The notes under the pieces were generated by a model, which had not been told where the DNA came from, did no database searches, and was given only the letters and a program-made list of their open reading frames with translations. The translations under genes and the position numbers were made by a program. Positions 9,572 through 18,600 of a DNA stretch of 43,070 nt are shown in pieces (positions within the stretch are counted from its first letter, which is position 1; every line of letters begins with the position of its first letter). This stretch comes from Candidatus Rifleibacteriota bacterium (GTDB taxonomy: Bacteria; Muiribacteriota; Ozemobacteria; Ozemobacterales; Ozemobacteraceae): contig JBNJGH010000020.1 of NCBI GenBank assembly GCA_051747585.1, positions 1-43,070 on the forward strand, written 5' to 3'.

Positions 9572-9979
9572 ATGAGTAATTTAAAGTACAAATGTGTTTT
9601 GGTATGTGAAGATATAAGACAGGAAGTTGGCGGCAGAGTTAGCCTCATGGGAGTTCTTGGTTCTAAACTACTGGTTCAGAATTTTCCTTTGCCTTTTCCT
9701 AAATTATGTCTTTTTATTGAATGGGGTGTTATTAAAGGTAAGGTAAATGTTACTTTGAATATAATTCCACCAGAGGGAGTAGAAATTCCCGATGTTAAAC
9801 CTTCGGCACCAATTCAGGGGCAGCCCGGTCTGGTTGCCAGGTCTATGATTGTGCTTAACAATTTCGCTTTTCCCGCACCCGGCACCTATGTTTTTGAATT
9901 TATGGCAGATGGAGAAGTAGTTGGCCGAGAAAACTTCGAGATCGAAAAATATGAACCCCCAACTACTGCACCTAATTGA
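9572..9979 (+). CDS. Hypothetical protein, DUF6941-like
   Basis: CEDIRQEVGGRVSLMGV...FP.PGTY pattern recalled for this family. Confidence 0.6.
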   Translation: MSNLKYKCVLVCEDIRQEVGGRVSLMGVLGSKLLVQNFPLPFPKLCLFIEWGVIKGKVNVTLNIIPPEGVEIPDVKPSAPIQGQPGLVARSMIVLNNFAFPAPGTYVFEFMADGEVVGRENFEIEKYEPPTTAPN

Positions 9980-9988
9980 TTTAACCCT

Positions 9989-11236
9989 ATGAACAATAAC
10001 AAGGCAGGTTTTGAACAACGGCTCGAAAAGGCATTTAACCATCCGGACAGTTTTCTGGAAACGATGGCTAAAGAATTTGACCATTATGACGAAGCAAAGT
10101 TGAAAACTCTGGTAGGGGTCTTTGCGGAGGGCGGGACGGTCGAACAAAGTCTTGTTTCTGAATTTGGCGTTAAAAAGCTTGATGAACCAGCCCTGGAATT
10201 TCTGGCTACCCAACTGGATGAGAATAAACCTGAGGTTTTTATTCAGATTGCAGAAATTCTTGGGCAGCGTAATTTTATTAAAGCTCTTGATAGAATTTGG
10301 AAACCCGTAAAGGAAAACAATTCTCGACTGATAATGCCCGTAATAAAGGCTGTGTCAAAATTTGAGCAGAACAATCTGGTAGATAAGCTGCTATTAGATT
10401 TTTACCTCACCCACGAAGATGAAAGCAGGCTTTTTTCCTGTATAAGGTTCCTTTTGCCTCGACAGGAGTCTATTGTACACAAACTGCTTGAGAGTTACAG
10501 AGGGTTAGATGCTGATCGCAAAATGTGGGCTTTAAAGTTCCTTGCCGAAACCGGTAATCCCGAAGCTCTTAGGCTTTTTGCAGATGAACTCGATCATATG
10601 CCTCTCGAACGAGGGCTTTACTGTATTTCCGGCTTGGGTCGCATCGGAAAACAAGCTTCAGTAAAAATATTGTTGAAGAATATAAATCATCCTGAATGGT
10701 TTTTGCGCAAAAGGATTATTGAAGCTCTGGGGCAAACGGGGCAAGTAGAAGCTGTGCAGCCCGTAATAAAAATGCTGGAAGATGTTTCGGTGCAGGTTAG
10801 AGCTGCTGCTGTCGAAAGCTTGAGCAAACTCGGGCATCTTAATCCTGAAATGATAATAGATAAGCTTAAAAGCAGCTCGGGCGACCTTAAAATAAATTTA
10901 ATCAGGGCAATAGCTCAGTTAAAAAGCGAAAAATTTGTTGCTCCACTCATAGAAGAGCTTAATGATAAAAATACTTTGTTTTTTACCGTCGATGCTCTGG
11001 GCGATCTGGGGTCTCTTGAAGCAGAAAAACCTCTAAAAAAGCTGCTGCTAGATAAAGAGTGGTTCAATAGATTAAACGCCCTCGAGGCTTTAGCCAAGTT
11101 GCCTTTAAACAATAAAATGGTAGAAATAGCAAGAGGGCTGACAAATGATCATAATGATATGGTAAGAACCTCTGCCGCTCGCATTGTTTCCAGTAGAAGG
11201 TCAGCGGCAGAAGAAGAAGAAGAAGAGGTTAATTAA
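9989..11236 (+). CDS. HEAT/PBS-lyase repeat protein
   Basis: Repeated units such as WFLRKRIIEALG, VQVRAAAVESL, WFNRLNALEAL. Confidence 0.85.
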   Translation: MNNNKAGFEQRLEKAFNHPDSFLETMAKEFDHYDEAKLKTLVGVFAEGGTVEQSLVSEFGVKKLDEPALEFLATQLDENKPEVFIQIAEILGQRNFIKALDRIWKPVKENNSRLIMPVIKAVSKFEQNNLVDKLLLDFYLTHEDESRLFSCIRFLLPRQESIVHKLLESYRGLDADRKMWALKFLAETGNPEALRLFADELDHMPLERGLYCISGLGRIGKQASVKILLKNINHPEWFLRKRIIEALGQTGQVEAVQPVIKMLEDVSVQVRAAAVESLSKLGHLNPEMIIDKLKSSSGDLKINLIRAIAQLKSEKFVAPLIEELNDKNTLFFTVDALGDLGSLEAEKPLKKLLLDKEWFNRLNALEALAKLPLNNKMVEIARGLTNDHNDMVRTSAARIVSSRRSAAEEEEEEVN

Positions 11237-12741
11237 TCTTCGCCTTTTTTGCCGAATACAATTCGCTGGGCATTCAAAAGAATAATAATTTTATTGTCTA
11301 TTTTGCCCACACCCTTGAGATATTCAATATCTACGTTTTCACTAACTCTGGCAGGTGGCTCTATCGATGTTTCAGGTAACCTGATAACCTCTGAAACGGA
11401 ATCTACCATAAAGCCGGCTTTGACCTTTTCTTCTTCGAAGGCCAGTATGATAATCTGGCTATCTTTGAAGCTGGCTAAAGTAGGCAATTTAAGACGCCGT
11501 CTTGTATTGATAACCGGAACTATTTCACCTCTAAGGTTAATTACTCCATCTATATGTGGAGGGGCTTTGGGTACCCTGGTAATGGGAACCATGTTGATAA
11601 TCGCTTCGACCTGATGAATTTCGAGCGCATACATTTCTCCGGCCATGCCAAAAGTGACCAGCTGAACCATTTCAATGATTTCTTTGTTTTCTTCATCTTC
11701 ATCCTCATCTTCGTCTTGCTGTGGCTGCTCTGAAGACTGCTCCCCGGATGGTTGTTGGGCGGGAGCCGGAGCTGCAGCTGGTGCTGATGGAGCTGCCGGG
11801 CCCGATGAGGGTGGCGGAGAAGGTACATGAACCTCGGTTTCCTGGGGAACTTCAGCCGCCGGTTGCGGAGCGGGTTCTGCCGGAGGCGGTGAGGCACTGT
11901 CGCCAAGTGAGTCGGTAATATCTTTAAGCTCGACCGATTCAATTTCTGATATTGATTCAATACCTTCTTGTATTTGCTCGTCCTCCTGATCTGTTGTCAG
12001 GATCATTTTGAAAGAAGATTCGAATTTTTCATTTTCAAGGTCCTTGACTTCAGGTATTGATTTGACAATGTCGCAATGTGTATCATCAAGGGTTCTTAAA
12101 ACCATGAAAATACGCGGGCCTTTGAGCAGACAATCAGAAACAAGAGAAATTTTAAGCAGCACTACTCTTTTACCCTCATCTCCTGCTGCAGAAAGGCCTG
12201 ATAAATCGAAGTCACTTAATTCGAAATCTGCTATTTCAGTATTCGCCCCACCTTGAGACTGCTTTGCCGATTGGGGTTGTTCCTGACCGGCATCAGTTGC
12301 AGCTTGTGGTTGCTGGGCTGCCGGTGGAGGTGAATCCTGTGCTGCTGTTGGAACCTGTCCGTTTGCCAGTGCCGAAAGTTTGCCTGAGATTTCATCCAGG
12401 CCTACATTTGAATCTGTTTGTTCGATACTGTCGCTTACCAGAGTTCTTAAAACGTCAAAAGTTTCGAATATTATGTCTACTACTTCTGTGGTAACAGGTA
12501 TATCTTCATTGCGCAGTTTGTCTAAAACTGTTTCCATCTCATGGGTCAGGTGAGCTATTTTTTCGAAGCCCATGGTCGCCGACATACCCTTAAGGGTGTG
12601 GGCTGCACGGAAAATTTCTTCGACTGCATCAAGGTTAGAAGGGTTCTGCTCAAGGTTGAGCAGCATTTTATCCATGGTGTCGAGATTTTCCCGGGAACCG
12701 TCTATATAGGCACCCATATATTCGGAAAGATCTAGATTCAA
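11233..12741 (-). CDS. HPt (P1)-P2-CheW fusion protein lacking the kinase core
   Basis: FRAAHTLKGM HPt motif, CheA-P2-like segment, CheW-type C-terminus (ITRVPKAP..GVINLRGEIVPV). TTG start after AAGGAGG. Confidence 0.85.
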   Translation of the reverse strand: MNLDLSEYMGAYIDGSRENLDTMDKMLLNLEQNPSNLDAVEEIFRAAHTLKGMSATMGFEKIAHLTHEMETVLDKLRNEDIPVTTEVVDIIFETFDVLRTLVSDSIEQTDSNVGLDEISGKLSALANGQVPTAAQDSPPPAAQQPQAATDAGQEQPQSAKQSQGGANTEIADFELSDFDLSGLSAAGDEGKRVVLLKISLVSDCLLKGPRIFMVLRTLDDTHCDIVKSIPEVKDLENEKFESSFKMILTTDQEDEQIQEGIESISEIESVELKDITDSLGDSASPPPAEPAPQPAAEVPQETEVHVPSPPPSSGPAAPSAPAAAPAPAQQPSGEQSSEQPQQDEDEDEDEENKEIIEMVQLVTFGMAGEMYALEIHQVEAIINMVPITRVPKAPPHIDGVINLRGEIVPVINTRRRLKLPTLASFKDSQIIILAFEEEKVKAGFMVDSVSEVIRLPETSIEPPARVSENVDIEYLKGVGKIDNKIIILLNAQRIVFGKKGED

Positions 12742-12784
12742 CCCTTAACCTCCTTGAATGTAAATTTAGTAATTTTCATAGTTG

Positions 12785-15130
12785 TCATTTTATATTTTTG
12801 GCTTTCTGAAAGAAAGACGGAATATCGAGAATAAGAGCAATGCTACCGTCACCGCGCATGGTTGCACCCATTATACCGGGCAGACCGCCAAGAAGGTTCC
12901 CAAGCGATTTAATAACGATTTCCTGTTGGCCCACAAGTTCATCGACCATGAATCCGGCGCTTTTTTCTCCGGAAGAACATACAACTATAGCAATTTCTTC
13001 CTCTTTAGCTTCAATTTCTTTTTGCTCATCTTCTGAGGTGGGAACATCTAATACTTTTCTCAATCTGATTATGGGCAGCACATCTCCTCTAAGCAGTGTG
13101 ACTTCCTGATGCTGCACAATATTGATGTCACTTTTGGTAATATCCATGGTTTCCTGAACAGAGGCAAGTGGAATAGCTAAGGTTTCAAGACCAACCTTGA
13201 CCATAAGAGCCGGTAGAATTGCCAGCGTGAGAGGCAGTTTTATAATTATTCGGCTACCCTCGCCAACTTTTGATTCTATATCGAGTTGACCGTTGAGGTC
13301 TTCAAGCTTTGCTTTAACCGCATCCATGCCGACACCACGACCAGAAACGTCGCTTACTACCTGGGCAGTAGAAAAACCTGGCAAGAATATTATTTTTATA
13401 ATTTCTTCGGGTGGCATTTCATTTATTTGTTCAGTGGTAAAAAGGCCTCTTTCAACGGCAAGTCTACCTATAATAGAAGGATCAACGCCCTTGCCGTCGT
13501 CTTTAACTTCGATGATTACATTATTGCCTTCATGCCGGGCAACCAGGGTAATTGTTCCCGCCTCTGGTTTCCCTTTAGTTACTCTTTCTTCAGGCGCTTC
13601 GATTCCATGATCTATGGAATTTCTGATCAGGTGAACCATTGGATCGCCGATTTCGTCGATAACTGTACGATCCATTTCGGTTTCTTTTCCTTCAACTACC
13701 AGATTAATTTTTTTGTTAAGTTTTTTAGACAAGTCTCTAACCATTCGAGGAAAGCGATCGAAGACTTGTTCGATAGGAACCATTCTTACCTGCATAACCA
13801 CGTTTTGCAGCGAAGAACTTATTTGGGAAACTCTTGTAAGAGTTTCGTTGAGGTCTTTTAACTTATGGGCAGCACCGATATCCTGCAATCTGGTGCGATT
13901 TATAACAAGTTCACCGACCAGATTCATAAGCTCATCAAGCCTGCGCATATCTACACGAACAGTCTGACTGCTTCTCCGGTCTGCTGCAGCGGCTTTCTTT
14001 TTCTTTTTAGCTCCAGGCTTTGCTGGAGGGTTCCCCGGTGGCTTTCCACCTGGTGGTGCAGGCCTTGCTGCTGCCGGAGGTTTGGGCGGAGCTGCCGCTG
14101 GTTTTGGTGGGGCTGCCGGTTTTGCTGCCTGAGGCTGCTTTGGTTCTGCAGGCATGCTTCCTGTCTTTGGGGGGGCGGGTTGAGCAGGCTCTTTCGCCGC
14201 TGGTGGAGCGGCTGGCTGTGGAGGAGGCTCGGGTTTCTTTTGCGGTGCCGGGGCTTCAGGTTGAACCGTGATCTCTGCCGGTTGTAAAGAAAAGTCTTCG
14301 GGGGTAAGGGGCGTAAGCTTAACCGAAGCGATTTCTGAAATAGATTCAATACCTTCTTGAATCGTTGCTGTATCGGCTTGGCCTATTATTACCATTTTAA
14401 AAGAAAGGTCAAACTTTTCTTCTTCAATGTCTTTTGTATCAGGAACAGTTTTAATTATTTCGCATTCAAGTTCTTCGAGGTTTCGGGTAACCATGAATGC
14501 GCGAGGTGCTTTAAGCAGGCAATCAGGCTCGAGCGAAACAATCAGCAGATAAATATTTGAGCCCTGTTGCTGCGCTTCTTTTAAAACCTGAGTTTCAAAT
14601 TCATTAATGGTTATGTCGGCAAGTTCAATCGCTAATTGCGAGGTATCTTGAGCCGGTTGTTCTTCGCCCTGGGCAGATTCTTGACTGGTAGCAGCAGGTT
14701 CTTCCTGCGTTTCAATAGGTTTAGCTTCATGTTTGGTTGGACTTTTTCCCTGAGCAACCTGATTTAATTTTTCAACTATTTCATTAATATCTATATTGGA
14801 ATCTGTTGCTTCAATGCTGTCATTTACCAGTATGCGCAAAAGATCGAAAGTTTCAAAAAGCGCGTCGATTAGATCGGTTGTAACCTGAACCTGGTGATTT
14901 CTTAACTGGTCAAGAATATTTTCCATCTCGTGGGTAAGGTGGGCAACCTTTTCAAAACCCATGGTTGCCGACATACCCTTCAATGTGTGGGCAGCACGAA
15001 AAATTTCTCCTACTGCTTCAAGATTTGTTGGATCCTGTTCAAGCGACAGGAGAAATTTGTCCATGAGGTCGAGGTTCTCTCGGGAACCATCGACATACAT
15101 TCCCATATATTGCGACAGATCAATATCCAT
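12785..15130 (-). CDS. cheA: Chemotaxis histidine kinase CheA
   Basis: HPt, P2, dimerisation (VRVDMRRLDELMNLVGELVI), HATPase (HLIRNSIDHGIE, DDGKG, GRGVGMD) and P5 domains. Start moved to ATG at 15130, after GGAG. Confidence 0.98.
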   Translation of the reverse strand: MDIDLSQYMGMYVDGSRENLDLMDKFLLSLEQDPTNLEAVGEIFRAAHTLKGMSATMGFEKVAHLTHEMENILDQLRNHQVQVTTDLIDALFETFDLLRILVNDSIEATDSNIDINEIVEKLNQVAQGKSPTKHEAKPIETQEEPAATSQESAQGEEQPAQDTSQLAIELADITINEFETQVLKEAQQQGSNIYLLIVSLEPDCLLKAPRAFMVTRNLEELECEIIKTVPDTKDIEEEKFDLSFKMVIIGQADTATIQEGIESISEIASVKLTPLTPEDFSLQPAEITVQPEAPAPQKKPEPPPQPAAPPAAKEPAQPAPPKTGSMPAEPKQPQAAKPAAPPKPAAAPPKPPAAARPAPPGGKPPGNPPAKPGAKKKKKAAAADRRSSQTVRVDMRRLDELMNLVGELVINRTRLQDIGAAHKLKDLNETLTRVSQISSSLQNVVMQVRMVPIEQVFDRFPRMVRDLSKKLNKKINLVVEGKETEMDRTVIDEIGDPMVHLIRNSIDHGIEAPEERVTKGKPEAGTITLVARHEGNNVIIEVKDDGKGVDPSIIGRLAVERGLFTTEQINEMPPEEIIKIIFLPGFSTAQVVSDVSGRGVGMDAVKAKLEDLNGQLDIESKVGEGSRIIIKLPLTLAILPALMVKVGLETLAIPLASVQETMDITKSDINIVQHQEVTLLRGDVLPIIRLRKVLDVPTSEDEQKEIEAKEEEIAIVVCSSGEKSAGFMVDELVGQQEIVIKSLGNLLGGLPGIMGATMRGDGSIALILDIPSFFQKAKNIK

Positions 15131-15256
15131 CAATTGCTCCGGCAAATTTCTTTGATTGATAGAATAATATGCAACATGAATTAAACATTATACAGTAAAA
15201 TCGGTAATAATTGGGAAAAATATTATAATTCAAGGCAGTTTCAGCATATAAAAAAG

Positions 15257-16810
15257 TTAATAATGCTTGTATGCCCTTTCAGAAAAGAGCTTTGTGTTGA
15301 AAAAATTAAAGTTTGCTTTACAAAAATCTTCCGGAACTTTTTGCCCGTTGGTAATATAGGCAAGTGATTTCCCGGTTTCAATTAGTAGAGCAAGTAACGG
15401 GCCAAAAGTATTTGTTTCGTCGATTTTGGTGAAAATCAGATGTTCAAAACCAATATGGTCAAAACAGGTTACGGTCTCAAGCATATCGTTATATTTAGCC
15501 GTGGCTGATAAGACAAGATATTTATCGGATTCCGGCATGCGGTCTAAAAAATTGCCCAGCTCACAAAGTTCTTCGCTGTCTTTCTGGCACCTGCCGGCTG
15601 TGTCTACTATAATAAGGTCTTTGTCTAAATGCTTGTTAACTGCCTGATCAATTTCTTCCGGACGATATAAGATCTCCATGTCGACATCGATAATGCGTGC
15701 GTATTGCTGAAGTTGGTCTGCAGCTCCGATTCTAAATGTATCGAGGGTAAAAAGAGCAATGGATAACCGATTTTCTGCGCTTAAGCCATAAGAGGCTGCA
15801 ATTTTGGCTATTGTTGTAGTTTTTCCTACACCGGTTGGACCAATGAGGGCGATGATCTTAGGGCCATTGCTATTGTTGAAATTGGGGTCTGGCGAAAATT
15901 TCAATTTATTTTCCATCCACTGGCTGGTGTATTTCATTGCACTTTCAGCTTTTTGCAAATAATGTTCAGGCAATCTTTCTCTCAGGTCATAAATAACTCT
16001 GTCTGCGATTTCGACTGGAGTTTCTATATCAAGAAGATTTTTTTTGATTTGGTGAAGGACTTCAGGAAGCTTTGGCGGTTCTTTTTCAATAGTTTTGTCA
16101 AATCTCTGGTTGATTTCTCGAAGCATTGCATACATTTGGTCGAGACGTGTTTCGTATGTGTCCATTTTGTTGCTGTCAGCACGGCTTGTCTCAAAATTGC
16201 TTTGTAACGTTCCTTGACTTTTTAGATTGCCATTTGCAATTTTTTCTTGTCTTTCGCGAGTCTCTCTTACTGCTATAAGTTCTTCAAGTATTTCATCAAT
16301 CTGGGTAGATGCTATTTCCTTATCATTAAGAATCTTTTGCGATCTGGGCTCTTTGTTGCCTTCCTGATTTGAGCGCAGGCCATCGACAGCCCTGACTTTG
16401 GTTCGCGATGTTGACTTGTAGGCTCTTATTCCTTGAGAAGTGTTCTGGGCCGGTCGAATTTTTGTGGGAGGGGGGGGCGTAAAGTTGTAAGCCTCAGATT
16501 GGGCAGAAGTGTTTGTTGAGGCTGTATTAGTTTCGCTCTGGGATGAAAAAACAGGGTTTGTTTTTTTTACCTCAATCGACGGTGAAGGCCTTGAAGGAAC
16601 TTCAGTAACTACATTTTTGTTGCCTATGGGTCTGATTATTCCTACAGTGATCTCGAACATTTCTCTGTAGCCCAGGCCAAAATAAATCGGATGTTTTACT
16701 TTTTTGCTGGTAATGACTTTAAAATTATCTTTTCCGTAGGTTTTTTCAGCTTTTACTTTGGCTTCAAATAATGTGTCGCCAAGTATTTTGGCATAATCAT
16801 CAAAATGCAT
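15257..16810 (-). CDS. flhF: Flagellar SRP-family GTPase FlhF
   Basis: GPTGVGKTTTIAK, DTFRIGA, DTAGR, TKIDET, GQKVPED, plus an N-terminal B domain. Confidence 0.95.
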   Translation of the reverse strand: MHFDDYAKILGDTLFEAKVKAEKTYGKDNFKVITSKKVKHPIYFGLGYREMFEITVGIIRPIGNKNVVTEVPSRPSPSIEVKKTNPVFSSQSETNTASTNTSAQSEAYNFTPPPPTKIRPAQNTSQGIRAYKSTSRTKVRAVDGLRSNQEGNKEPRSQKILNDKEIASTQIDEILEELIAVRETRERQEKIANGNLKSQGTLQSNFETSRADSNKMDTYETRLDQMYAMLREINQRFDKTIEKEPPKLPEVLHQIKKNLLDIETPVEIADRVIYDLRERLPEHYLQKAESAMKYTSQWMENKLKFSPDPNFNNSNGPKIIALIGPTGVGKTTTIAKIAASYGLSAENRLSIALFTLDTFRIGAADQLQQYARIIDVDMEILYRPEEIDQAVNKHLDKDLIIVDTAGRCQKDSEELCELGNFLDRMPESDKYLVLSATAKYNDMLETVTCFDHIGFEHLIFTKIDETNTFGPLLALLIETGKSLAYITNGQKVPEDFCKANFNFFNTKLFSERAYKHY

Positions 16811-17745
16811 TACTGAGAAGCCTCCCCTTTAAAAAAGCTTGAAAGGCGGGTTAAAAAGCCTTCGATGCCGCTGTTTTCACTATGTTCCGGGATTTCGTGA
16901 AAAGTTGTTGAAACAATTTTTCTAATGCCATTTGCAGCAGGTGACATTGGTGAAAACAAAATTAAAGGCGTTTGCTGTCTAACTGCCAGATGCATTTGTC
17001 TATCCTGGAGAATGTTCCCCAGGTGATGAATTTTAAATTCGAGAAATTCGTCAGCTACTCTAGACAGTCTTTTGTGAATTTCAAGTCCTTCATTTTCGTT
17101 ATCTACACGATTGACAAGAAGAGAAACATGGCTGTCGGGTCTTTCGCTGCTCAAAATTTTGATTATACCGTAAGCATCGGCAAGAGCGGTCGGCTCAGTA
17201 GTTGTTATGACAATTATCTGGTCAGCGGCCTGGCAAAATGAAATAACGCTTTTGCTTATCCCGGCTCCGGTATCGATCAGCAGGTAATCAGTTTTATCTT
17301 CGAGGAATTTCAGCTGATCAAAAACCTTAGCCGCTTTGTCTGTTTCCAGTTGAGCCAACTCAGATATACCTGAACCTCCGGCAATAATTTGAATGTCATT
17401 GGGCCCTTGTACCATTACTTCATCGAGGCTCATTTGGCCATTGATTACATCCATTAGATTATGTTTGGGCCTTATGCCAAAAACAACATCTATATTGGCA
17501 AGTCCGAGGTCTGCGTCAAGAATTATAACCTTTTGACCTGCCTGGGCAAGACAAATGGCAAGATTGGCAACCAGACTGGTCTTTCCTACGCCGCCTTTAC
17601 CCGAAGTAACTGTTATTGTTCGAGCAATTTTGTTGCCGGCTTTACGTGGAGTTCTTGCCTGCAACCTTTTGAAGACATAAGGCTGAATCTCTTTGCGAGT
17701 TTCGGCTATTATTGCTTCAATTGGCTTAATTATAGGTTCGGTCAT
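16810..17745 (-). CDS. flhG: MinD-family ATPase FlhG/FleN
   Basis: SGKGGVGKT, DADLGLAN, IDTGAG, EPTALADAY, C-terminal amphipathic GFLTRLSSFF. Confidence 0.93.
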   Translation of the reverse strand: MTEPIIKPIEAIIAETRKEIQPYVFKRLQARTPRKAGNKIARTITVTSGKGGVGKTSLVANLAICLAQAGQKVIILDADLGLANIDVVFGIRPKHNLMDVINGQMSLDEVMVQGPNDIQIIAGGSGISELAQLETDKAAKVFDQLKFLEDKTDYLLIDTGAGISKSVISFCQAADQIIVITTTEPTALADAYGIIKILSSERPDSHVSLLVNRVDNENEGLEIHKRLSRVADEFLEFKIHHLGNILQDRQMHLAVRQQTPLILFSPMSPAANGIRKIVSTTFHEIPEHSENSGIEGFLTRLSSFFKGEASQ

Positions 17746-18591
17746 TTAAAATAATCCTGGTAATTGATAAATCAGACTTTCGGATAAACAATAGAGAAAA
17801 TCTCTTGAAGACGGTTCTACCGCCGTTATTCTTGCTCTAAGGTTGGCCTTGTTTTCCGGTGGAATGTAAGTGCTATTAGAAAGTACCATTCCTGCAGGGA
17901 CAAGGTCAAGAGCCAAAAATTGTTTTGCAACATTTTTTATTCTTGGACTAATAGGCTCTTCTGGTGCTGAACTGGTGGGTGATATGTCCAGAAGACCAAT
18001 TGGTGAAAAGTATCCAGATAAATGGATAGATTTAACCGCTTCATAAACGCTTAAAAGAGAATCTTTATGAAAGGGAACGGTAACGCATACTGCATCGGTT
18101 GCGTGAAGCAGGGGATAATATCTGGGTAACTCACTTGCTTTAATGCTTATCCATACCTCAGAAAAAGGCTTTAAGACTCTTGCCAGATGCTGTAAAAAAT
18201 CAATACGTCTGGCCTCTGGTCCTTTGCATATTTCTATAAACGATTCCACCTGAGGCATAATGCTTAAAGGCGTCAACCCCTGTTCGATTCGCAAAGGAGT
18301 TGGATAGCTGAGCTGAATTTGAGTTCGGGGTAGTCGTTCTTTTTCAATGAAGCCGGCTTGATCCCAATAGCAGGACCTTGGCGAGTGCTCCATCAATGCA
18401 ATTATCCAATCGATTACCGGTGGAATTCCTTTAATAATATTGTCTGGTAAAACTAAAGCCATGCAGGTAAAGGGGCAGGGCTTGACAATTGTATCTAAAA
18501 AGGTTTCGCCGTCAATCGGCTTCTTTACAGCTGTTTCAGACTGATCTACGATTTTTTTCAGTCTCCTTAATGTGGTTGCCTGGTCATTCAT
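17746..18591 (-). CDS. Degenerate FlhG-like protein (no Walker A) with DQAxxLR N-terminus
   Basis: Starts MNDQATTLR. An 81-residue segment aligns without gaps to the neighbouring FlhG (17 identities by hand count). Confidence 0.7.
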   Translation of the reverse strand: MNDQATTLRRLKKIVDQSETAVKKPIDGETFLDTIVKPCPFTCMALVLPDNIIKGIPPVIDWIIALMEHSPRSCYWDQAGFIEKERLPRTQIQLSYPTPLRIEQGLTPLSIMPQVESFIEICKGPEARRIDFLQHLARVLKPFSEVWISIKASELPRYYPLLHATDAVCVTVPFHKDSLLSVYEAVKSIHLSGYFSPIGLLDISPTSSAPEEPISPRIKNVAKQFLALDLVPAGMVLSNSTYIPPENKANLRARITAVEPSSRDFLYCLSESLIYQLPGLF

Positions 18592-18600
18592 CGTTATTCT

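Noticed and set aside
11233..12741. HPt-P2-CheW gene as a cheA pseudogene
   Set aside because: Intact frame, strong RBS, mostly synonymous divergence from cheA, and a CheW-type C-terminus unlike CheA P5.
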